Source: a virus (Duplodnaviria > Caudoviricetes). From it: 64,000 bases of DNA. Below, piece by piece: positions 57,473 through 64,000 of the stretch (position 1 is its first letter; every line of letters begins with the position of its first letter). The stretch spans positions 138,610 to 202,609 of the IMG/VR virus record IMGVR_UViG_3300015360_000023; one strand, given 5' to 3'. A program made the translations under genes and the position numbers. Under the pieces are notes generated by a model. It saw only the letters and a program-made list of their open reading frames with translations. It searched no databases and was not told the origin of the DNA.

Positions 57473-58024
57473 ATGAACGGTATGAGCAAGGAGACGCTTC
57501 TGGTCATCATCAGCACCTTGTCGGAGAAGGTGGCAGTGATGGAGCTGGTCAACGACGGGTACGCCAAGGTGGTTCAGGGCCTGGAAGCACACAACGACCG
57601 ACATCACCTCGACTTGGACGATGCGCAGTACACCATCTCCGACCTCCGCCGACAGTTGGAGCGGGTCAACAACGACAAGGACGACAGCTCCTACCGTATC
57701 CGACAGGAGAACGACCGCCTGTACGCGGAGGTGCGACAGCTCAAGCAGGAGAACTACAGGCTCACCTACGGTGGGTCGTCTCCCGAAGAGACGGCGACTG
57801 CCTACATGCAGCGCCAGGGGGCGGCCGTGTGGGCAAACGGTGAGCGGATTGCCTGTATCAAGGTGTGCCGCGAGGTGAGCGGATGGGGGCTGAAGGAGAC
57901 CAAGGACTTCTGCGAAGCCTACATGGACCGACAGAAGGTGACGGAGGAGGAGTCGCCCTCCGGTACCAAGCGGTCCTCGCAGATTCCCGCAGGTGTGGGA
58001 GTGCAGAGCAAACGGTCGGCCTAA
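57473..58024 (+). CDS. Coiled-coil protein with a C-terminal ribosomal L7/L12 CTD-like segment
   Basis: SD AGGAGG; RIACIKVCREVSGWGLKETKDFCE resembles KIxVIKxVRxxTGLGLKEAKxxVE. Confidence 0.6.
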   Translation: MNGMSKETLLVIISTLSEKVAVMELVNDGYAKVVQGLEAHNDRHHLDLDDAQYTISDLRRQLERVNNDKDDSSYRIRQENDRLYAEVRQLKQENYRLTYGGSSPEETATAYMQRQGAAVWANGERIACIKVCREVSGWGLKETKDFCEAYMDRQKVTEEESPSGTKRSSQIPAGVGVQSKRSA

Positions 58025-58081
58025 GCCTACACCCTGCTCACCTGGGAAACCATGTGGGCAGGAGTAGTCCAAGGAGGACAC

Positions 58082-58297
58082 ATGAAAGCAATCATCCTAC
58101 TCATCGCACTCTCAACCACTGGGTGCGTACCTGTCATCGCAGGTATGGCGCTGAGGGACCACGGTGATCGCAAGTGGCAGGAGATGGAATACCGACATAA
58201 GGAGAAGATGCGCGAGCTGGACATACAGGAGCGCACACTCAAACAGAACGCACCACAACAGAGTAACGGTGCGATAGTCAGGGACAACCCTTACTGA
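58082..58297 (+). CDS. Small probable lipoprotein
   Basis: SD AGGAGG; MKAIILLIALSTTGC signal/lipobox-like start. Confidence 0.6.
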   Translation: MKAIILLIALSTTGCVPVIAGMALRDHGDRKWQEMEYRHKEKMRELDIQERTLKQNAPQQSNGAIVRDNPY

Positions 58298-58478
58298 CCT
58301 TGGCATACTCCGTGCTCCTTGCAAGACTCATACCGCACCAAGGGACACCCACCTCTACACACATCAATCTTTCCTAAAAGACTTGGTGCATCTTACTTGA
58401 TACGTGCTATCTTATCAGTCTCTCGTTTCACTCCAACCAAGCCGCTCCGAGAGGAGCCAAGTACGAGGAGGTAGGACA

Positions 58479-59363
58479 ATGGCTATCAGCGTCTACGAAG
58501 TGGTTACGGAGCGCATCATTGCGGCACTTGAGAAGGGTGTCGTACCTTGGCGCATGCCCTGGCGCACACAAGGTGGGAGCAACATGCCCCGCAACCTACA
58601 GTCCGGCAAGGACTACCGTGGAGTCAACATCCTACTCCTGGGGTGCATGGGGTTTTCGGACCCACGTTGGTGCTCCTACAAGCAGGCTGGCGCCAAGGGC
58701 GGACAGGTGCGCAAAGGTGAGAAGTCCACCCCGGTCATCTTCTGGAAGGTGCTTGACAAGAAAGGTGGGAAGCCGGGGGAAAAGTCCTTCATCCTCCGCT
58801 ACTACAATGTCTTCAATGTGAGTCAGTGTGATTGGGCGGAGCCGCTGCCCTCTCTGACTGGAGACGCACCTGCACCCACCTTCGACCCCATCGAAGAGTG
58901 CGAGCGGATCGTGCTGTCCTACAAGACCATACCTGCCATCGACCATGGCGGTAGCCGAGCCTGCTACATGCCTACCTTTGACCGGGTATGTATGCCTGCC
59001 AAGGAGAGCTTTGGTAAGAGAGAGGAATACTATTCCACACTCTTCCACGAGCTGACTCACTCTACCGGACATGAGAGCAGGTTGAACCGTGATGGGATCA
59101 TGAATCCTATCCGGTTTGGCTCACATGACTACAGCTTTGAGGAGCTTGTAGCCGAATGTGGGGCGGCGTTCCTCTGCGCACAAGCGGGTATCATTGACCA
59201 CACCCTGGACAACAGTGTGGCATATATCCAGAACTGGGCAAAGAAGCTGAAAAGTGAGCCCAAGTGGATTGTGGAAGCGGCAAGCAAAGCGGCCAAGGCG
59301 GCTGACTACATCTTCCCACCTCCTGCGGTGAAGGAAGAGGAGTCGGAAGAAGAGGCTGCGTGA
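58479..59363 (+). CDS. ardC: ArdC-like ssDNA-binding antirestriction protein (DUF1738 plus zincin-like domain)
   Basis: VT.RII..LE.G..PW..PW, Y.G.N, YYSTLFHEL.H.TGH, Y..EELVAE; SD GGAGG before 58479. Confidence 0.85.
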   Translation: MAISVYEVVTERIIAALEKGVVPWRMPWRTQGGSNMPRNLQSGKDYRGVNILLLGCMGFSDPRWCSYKQAGAKGGQVRKGEKSTPVIFWKVLDKKGGKPGEKSFILRYYNVFNVSQCDWAEPLPSLTGDAPAPTFDPIEECERIVLSYKTIPAIDHGGSRACYMPTFDRVCMPAKESFGKREEYYSTLFHELTHSTGHESRLNRDGIMNPIRFGSHDYSFEELVAECGAAFLCAQAGIIDHTLDNSVAYIQNWAKKLKSEPKWIVEAASKAAKAADYIFPPPAVKEEESEEEAA

Positions 59364-59762
59364 AGGTAGTGTACGTGACTGGGCCATCTATCTCCTTAGT
59401 GTGGGAGGATGGCTCAGTCTGCTCCTACATCTGGTCACCAAGTAAAGCGGCGGGCAAGCCCACATCAGGGGGGGTGACGCTAGCCTACCCGCCGCATCTG
59501 TAAGTTAGTTCTTCTGACAGCGGATGCGAGCGCGACTGTAAAACGAGCGCCTACACCCTGACCATATGTGAGCATTACGCCAGCATGTGGTCAGAAGTAG
59601 GCTCTTGCTGACATTGGCATACTCTGTGCTACTTGCAAGATAGCTGCCACGGCGAGCGAGAGAAAGGGCACACACCCACCCACAATTATGTTGGGAAGGT
59701 GTCGAATGTAATTGAAGCTAGCATCACTTCTGATAGAATGATGCTGGTAGAAAGGAACACAC

Positions 59763-60047
59763 ATGTTGACGCGCAAAGAGGCAATGTCGGATATCAACCT
59801 GGGACGTGGGATTCAGCTCACCTTCGTGGGTATGTTCACTACCTTCTCCGTCATTGTGCGCCAAGGGTACAACGGTGTGGGTGCGGTTGCCCACATCGAG
59901 TGTCCTGTCATGCGCCGCACCTACAAGGTGTTCCTGACCAGCAAGCAGACGCTTGCCTACATCAAACGACATTACACCCGACATGATGCGGGTGTGGATG
60001 GTGTGCGTGTCCAAGCGGATCCATTCAACTACAAGAGGGTAGCATGA
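59763..60047 (+). CDS. Hypothetical protein
   Basis: AGGA upstream; follows the promoter motif at 59615. Confidence 0.6.
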   Translation: MLTRKEAMSDINLGRGIQLTFVGMFTTFSVIVRQGYNGVGAVAHIECPVMRRTYKVFLTSKQTLAYIKRHYTRHDAGVDGVRVQADPFNYKRVA

Positions 60048-60475
60048 ACGACAAGCGGCCTTGGAGTGAGGGAGGGTGCGACAAGCCCTTCTGTGTCAGT
60101 GCATGGTCCGACACCCCTGGTGAAACGGACACATGTAGCATGGGCGTCGACTTCTCCACCGAAGTGGAAGCACGTGAGTGCTTGGCGCAGTTCAGCGCAC
60201 GATTCCCCTGGACGAAGGATCTTCCCTACCTTCTCCTCGACGGTCCCGACGTTCACGAGGTGACCACGCGCACACTTCAGCTCAAGCGCTCACAACGTGA
60301 GCAGGAGAGGGACGAACGTGAGGCAAGGTCGGAGCAGGCCATGCAAGCAGGGATGGGTATGGGGATTCACGCCTACAACGATGCCATGGGGTACGACAGT
60401 GAGCCCTATGACCCTGCCATTCACGACAGTGACTACGATCGTGAGCCCATGGGTTCCGATGAAGGTTGGTTCTGA
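60044..60475 (+). CDS. Hypothetical protein
   Basis: ATGA overlap; acidic tail. Confidence 0.65.
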   Translation: MNDKRPWSEGGCDKPFCVSAWSDTPGETDTCSMGVDFSTEVEARECLAQFSARFPWTKDLPYLLLDGPDVHEVTTRTLQLKRSQREQERDEREARSEQAMQAGMGMGIHAYNDAMGYDSEPYDPAIHDSDYDREPMGSDEGWF

Positions 60476-60702
60476 TGGATCGGGCCTACACTGGGCACCA
60501 TGAGATTCTTCTTCCCGACATCGAGATCAAGGAGAACCGTGCAGAATACATCTACGTACCTCTGCGCGGTTACTCTCACACCATGGCAGTCTTCACTGCA
60601 AACCTAGACTGTCCGATCGGATGGATCAATAGTGAGACACTTGGTTGCAGTTCCGTCCCTGCGTGGATGGCACTCACCAAGTGGGTTGACCAAGGCTACT
60701 AA
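60475..60702 (+). CDS. Hypothetical protein
   Basis: TGATG overlap start at 60475. Confidence 0.5.
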   Translation: MDRAYTGHHEILLPDIEIKENRAEYIYVPLRGYSHTMAVFTANLDCPIGWINSETLGCSSVPAWMALTKWVDQGY

Positions 60703-60718
60703 CCTGAAAGGTACGACC

Positions 60719-60994
60719 ATGAACGAAGAAGACGATGATCTGGACGAGTGTGAGGAAGAGGAGCAGGAGTACTACGATGACCGTGAGTGTGAGGATGGCG
60801 ACTACCTAATCGACGGTGTAGGTTTTGCGGACCCTGGCGGTCACTCTTCCCTACGTGCGGAGACGGCCAGCAACCCCCGCAACCTTCCTTGTGGGACGTG
60901 TGGGGAACCTGACCGCCTGACCCCTGCTGACAAGCGACGTGGGTATCAGTGCGACAGTTGCGCTGACCGCGCAGAAGGGCGTGGGGGATACTGA
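60719..60994 (+). CDS. Acidic hypothetical protein with a Zn ribbon
   Basis: SSLRA….NPRNLPCGTCG….LTPAD…GYQCDSCAD. Confidence 0.65.
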   Translation: MNEEDDDLDECEEEEQEYYDDRECEDGDYLIDGVGFADPGGHSSLRAETASNPRNLPCGTCGEPDRLTPADKRRGYQCDSCADRAEGRGGY

Positions 60995-60995
60995 G

Positions 60996-61232
60996 ATGAT
61001 CACCTACCTCAACCCCGACCACGTTGTGGGCAAGCGTCAGACAGCGACTCCGCCCAATCGGAGTCGGTCGGGCTATGGGAACAAGTTGCCTACATCCTGG
61101 CAGCTTCAACTACAGGACAAGAGGTGGAGGCGTGTGTACGTCATCTGCTGGTCAAACAGCGGGTCGGCCTACATCCTGACCAAAAGTGGGAAGTTGTTCC
61201 TGGGCTACTACGAGCCAAGTTACAACCCATGA
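60996..61232 (+). CDS. Hypothetical phage protein
   Basis: GYG.KLPT.W…RWRRVY..CWSNSGSAYI; start MITY at 60996. Confidence 0.65.
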   Translation: MITYLNPDHVVGKRQTATPPNRSRSGYGNKLPTSWQLQLQDKRWRRVYVICWSNSGSAYILTKSGKLFLGYYEPSYNP

Positions 61233-61366
61233 GAACCTACATTCTGGAGCTTCCTCCTCCGGTGGTAGTCAAGCGTAGGTGTGAGTGTTGCAACAACCTA
61301 CTTGGATGTCAGAATCCTGGGTGGGTATGCGACATGTGCAAAAGCATGGGAGGCAAACAGACATGA
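61229..61366 (+). CDS. Small Zn-ribbon peptide
   Basis: ATGA overlap; CECC…CDMC. Confidence 0.5.
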   Translation: MRTYILELPPPVVVKRRCECCNNLLGCQNPGWVCDMCKSMGGKQT

Positions 61367-61584
61367 AGGTGCAAGTGGAGAATGAGGATCTGGTAGCGCA
61401 GCAAGTGGCAGTTATTGAGGGCAACACCTGCATTGTGGTGAGCTGCAATGACTTTGACCACTACAAGCGTCTGCCTGCGGTTGTCTCCTACAACGGAGTC
61501 AAGTGTGGGAAGACGGGGTGGAACAGCGATACCAACCGCTGTCACTACCAGAGCAACGCCCACATCGTTCAGGTGTGTAGGTGA
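61363..61584 (+). CDS. Hypothetical protein
   Basis: ATGA overlap start MKVQ; SD GGAGG. Confidence 0.6.
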   Translation: MKVQVENEDLVAQQVAVIEGNTCIVVSCNDFDHYKRLPAVVSYNGVKCGKTGWNSDTNRCHYQSNAHIVQVCR

Positions 61585-61832
61585 GTGTCAGGGTCTCTAT
61601 TCTGGCAGACCACATCTGCATAGAAGATGAGAGAGGTGAGATAGCGTACTGGGACCGGCAGGAATGGCTGGACGATCCTGACCTTATCCTATCTATCGCC
61701 AATGCAATTCGGGTTGCATGTACGCAAGGAGGAGACGCGGCACGACAATATCCCCGATGCCCTACAGAAGCGTCGGATGAGGAAGACGCTGTACGACATA
61801 CCTTCGTCAATGAAGGCACACGGGAAGACTAG
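61581..61832 (+). CDS. Hypothetical protein
   Basis: GTGA overlap. Confidence 0.55.
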   Translation: MSVRVSILADHICIEDERGEIAYWDRQEWLDDPDLILSIANAIRVACTQGGDAARQYPRCPTEASDEEDAVRHTFVNEGTRED

Positions 61833-61968
61833 CATACAAGTAGAGAGGAGGTAGGATGATCAAGCGCATCATTGGTAGGATCAAGTGGTTCTTCGAGAAC
61901 GACACACACGGACCATGTGACTGGTAACCGTTCACACACCTACATCAACCCACAACGAAAGGCTACAT

Positions 61969-62211
61969 ATGTCTAATACCGACAACAACAAGACGCTCCC
62001 CACTCCTACCACTCCTGCCGACAAGACGGACAAGCGTAAGCAAAGTCTGTACTTTCCGGAGAGTATGCTCCAAGAGATCAAGGAGGAGGCGGCTCGGCTG
62101 GATCGTAGTCTGTCGTGGGTGGTTCAGCGTGCGTGGAAGCTGGCACGGTTGGAAGTCAAGAAACTTCCCAGTGTGTCGGAGGTGTCGGGCGAAGAGGAAG
62201 AAGATATCTGA
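61969..62211 (+). CDS. TIGR04563-like (MXAN_4361/4362 family) small ribbon-helix-helix-like protein
   Basis: TDKRKQSLYFPE.ML.EI.EEA.R.DRSLSW.VQ.AWK.AR recalled as this myxobacterial family. Confidence 0.75.
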   Translation: MSNTDNNKTLPTPTTPADKTDKRKQSLYFPESMLQEIKEEAARLDRSLSWVVQRAWKLARLEVKKLPSVSEVSGEEEEDI

Positions 62212-62283
62212 TGCACTTACACCCTGCTTCATACGCAAGTATGGGGCAGGAGTAAGTTTATCACTCACCAAAAAGGAGACGAT

Positions 62284-62814
62284 ATGCGACAAGTCAAGAT
62301 GGTGTCGGGCGTGAGCGGTTCAGGTAAGAGCACGCACGTGCTCAACGTCATCATGGACTACATGAAGGGCCTAGGTATGACAGCGGAGCAGATGATGTCC
62401 TCTCCCATGCCTACGGCTACGGTGTCGTTGTGTTCGGCTGATTCCTTCTTCGAGGTGCCCAATGAGGGCGGGCCTCCTACCTACAACTTCGATGCATCCA
62501 AGCTGAGCGAGGCACATGGTAAGTGCTTTCGCGACTTCATCACCGCTTTGACTTCCAATGTGGAGTTGGTGGTTGTGGATAACACCAATACCACGGTGGC
62601 GGAGGTTGCCCCTTACTTCCTGGGAGCCCAGGCGTATGGGTACGACATCGACCTCATCACGGTCATGTGTGAGACAGATGCCGACATCAAGCTCTGCGCT
62701 GCGCGGAACACCCACAACGTGCCGGAGGGTGGTATCTTCGCCCAGCATCGGCGCTTGTGTGCGAGGGAGCTGATGCCCTGGTGGAAGAACACCTTTCAGC
62801 CGGTGGTGCGCTGA
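62284..62814 (+). CDS. P-loop kinase/ATPase (AAA_33, polynucleotide-kinase-like)
   Basis: SD AGGAG; GVSGSGKST Walker A, CSAD.F, VVVDNTN, RN.H.VP. Confidence 0.75.
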   Translation: MRQVKMVSGVSGSGKSTHVLNVIMDYMKGLGMTAEQMMSSPMPTATVSLCSADSFFEVPNEGGPPTYNFDASKLSEAHGKCFRDFITALTSNVELVVVDNTNTTVAEVAPYFLGAQAYGYDIDLITVMCETDADIKLCAARNTHNVPEGGIFAQHRRLCARELMPWWKNTFQPVVR

Positions 62815-63041
62815 TGCGCAAGGTTGAATACCTGAGAGCCCTGGATGACCAAACGTGGGATACGGTAGTCATCGAGGTTCCTTCTACTGAGGAGGGACCT
62901 GACAATGGGATTGACTACGACAACCTGAGTGAATCGGATATTGAGGTGGAATTGCAGGACTACAGCAATTCGGTCCTCAGTCGCCTAGAGGCACACAGGA
63001 AGGTGGTTCTGTTCGCCGTCTACAACAACGAGGTGAGCTAA
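62814..63041 (+). CDS. Hypothetical acidic protein
   Basis: TGATG overlap start MRKV. Confidence 0.55.
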   Translation: MRKVEYLRALDDQTWDTVVIEVPSTEEGPDNGIDYDNLSESDIEVELQDYSNSVLSRLEAHRKVVLFAVYNNEVS

Positions 63042-63286
63042 TGCTCTACATCCACTACATCCTGCCGGATGGTGAGGGATTGAAGGAGAGGGAGTGGGAA
63101 GTAGGACAGGCGCAGCCATCCAAGCAGTTGGAAGACGGCGACCTACAGATTCACACCATATCAGCCGAAGGTAAGGAGTTAGCGCACATCATCTCCACTT
63201 TCTCTAACCTGCCTTACAAGTACACACAAGACAACCTATGTGTGTGGAGGGGTGACCTGGCGCGGTTCATCTTCGACAATCTGTAG
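63041..63286 (+). CDS. Hypothetical protein
   Basis: TAATG overlap. Confidence 0.6.
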   Translation: MLYIHYILPDGEGLKEREWEVGQAQPSKQLEDGDLQIHTISAEGKELAHIISTFSNLPYKYTQDNLCVWRGDLARFIFDNL

Positions 63287-63439
63287 GATGAGCGAAGGCG
63301 CGGTGATCGTAAGTAGGGAGTGTGCGCCCACATACTACACCCTGTCTATTATCTGTCTGGCGAATAAGTCGGGTTTATTCGTGTGGCAGATAATGGGCAG
63401 TCGTAGGAGGTGAGACCATGTAACCGATAAGGGGATACG

Positions 63440-63760
63440 ATGGGATGTGAGAACTGTCAGTGCGAGTGTCATAAGCCGGACCGAGGTAGGATGCTAAACG
63501 AGCATGCAAGCCTGGGTGCGCTTATCGTCACTCTCCTACAACAGATACCCGAGGTAGAGAAAGCGGCGAGAAAGACGCCGGCTAAAACAATGATAGCCGA
63601 GCGTGCGAAAGTGAAAGCGGCTCAACTACAACTGCCCATCATGAAGGATAACCTGCTCAAAGCACGGACCGAGCATAGGCAACTAACACTCACATTGGAG
63701 TGCTCGGGTGCTTGGGGTAGGTGGAGACAAGAGAATCCCGGTAAGTCAACTCCCCTATAA
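63440..63760 (+). CDS. Hypothetical protein
   Basis: AGGGG upstream; CENCQCECH start. Confidence 0.55.
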   Translation: MGCENCQCECHKPDRGRMLNEHASLGALIVTLLQQIPEVEKAARKTPAKTMIAERAKVKAAQLQLPIMKDNLLKARTEHRQLTLTLECSGAWGRWRQENPGKSTPL

Positions 63761-63769
63761 AGAGGACTC

Positions 63770-63952
63770 ATGATATCCTACGCTACATTCACCCTCATAG
63801 TCCTCGTACTGTCGATGATGTCCTCCTATGTAGTTAGCATGTGCATTGGTGGGAGTGGACGGGGTACGTGGACCACAATTCGTGGAGTGGAGACAACCTG
63901 CATACACTGTCGGCGTATGCGCAAGTTCACTAGGAAGGGACCTTACCGCTGA
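63770..63952 (+). CDS. Small membrane-anchored Zn-ribbon protein
   Basis: SD GAGG; hydrophobic N-terminus followed by CIHC. Confidence 0.5.
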   Translation: MISYATFTLIVLVLSMMSSYVVSMCIGGSGRGTWTTIRGVETTCIHCRRMRKFTRKGPYR

Positions 63953-64000
63953 TATCCTACAACCGAAGAAAGCTAATTGCCATGTAGGGGTGACGCCCGA

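Larger units (their letters stand above)
51654..59630 (+). promoter_or_regulatory. 14 co-oriented sigma54-type (-24/-12) promoter motifs, consensus TGGCATACTCT(G/T)TGC(A/T), most followed by a second TGCA
   Basis: Starts at 51654, 51830, 52028, 52869, 53539, 54116, 54200, 54284, 54386, 56137, 56373, 57407, 58301, 59615; all keep GG-N10-GC spacing. Confidence 0.75.
56071..63406 (+). ncRNA. Five dispersed copies of a conserved intergenic RNA hairpin, C(T)TAC-ACC-CTG…CAG-NN-GTA(A)G
   Basis: 56071-56121, 58027-58067, 59549-59602, 62216-62256, 63335-63406; variable inner stems with G-U pairs, GNRA loops in two copies; these are separate cis elements, not one transcript. Confidence 0.65.

Noticed and set aside
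52008-62905. Minus-strand and alternate-frame ORFs in the GC-rich block (for example 52008..52583, 55448..56167, 57115..57843, 57449..58081)
   Set aside because: High GC lengthens random ORFs; these overlap plus-strand genes that have SD sites, biased codons and promoter or terminator context.
1-64000. Alternative genetic code (stop-codon reassignment) suggested by the phage RF2
   Set aside because: Long conserved genes translate uninterrupted in the standard code, and TAG still ends several ORFs in the GC-rich block.

Overview
Best read as part of a large (jumbo-type) lytic phage genome, probably infecting a myxobacterium. Host hints are a TIGR04563-like small protein, a Polyangiaceae-style FGE/SUMF1 lipoprotein and dense sigma54-type promoters. 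There are four blocks. (1) 0-24.7 kb: AT-rich virion/fibre module with triplicated gene sets, LamG lectins, long fibres and small plug-in domains shuffled between paralogs. (2) 24.7-34.5 kb: nucleotide and translation genes (ThyX, IMPDH/GMPR, IF-1, DEDDh exonuclease, SET, HD, dUTPase). (3) 34.5-49.7 kb: the main novelty, a translationally coupled array of 29 plus-strand CxxC proteins with highly divergent cores. Nearly all end in one terminal motif, approximately (K/R)-(L/I)-x-x-(Y/L)-x-x-F-S-stop; two antisense genes share the tail and an RF2 gene sits inside the array. (4) After an abrupt rise in GC at about 51.5-52 kb: an early-type region with 14 co-oriented sigma54 -24/-12 motifs, five copies of a covarying intergenic RNA hairpin, 9-mer repeats, ArdC and many small ORFs. 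Product calls come from motif recognition by eye; no database was searched. I saw no CRISPR array, reverse transcriptase, integrase or complete tRNA.
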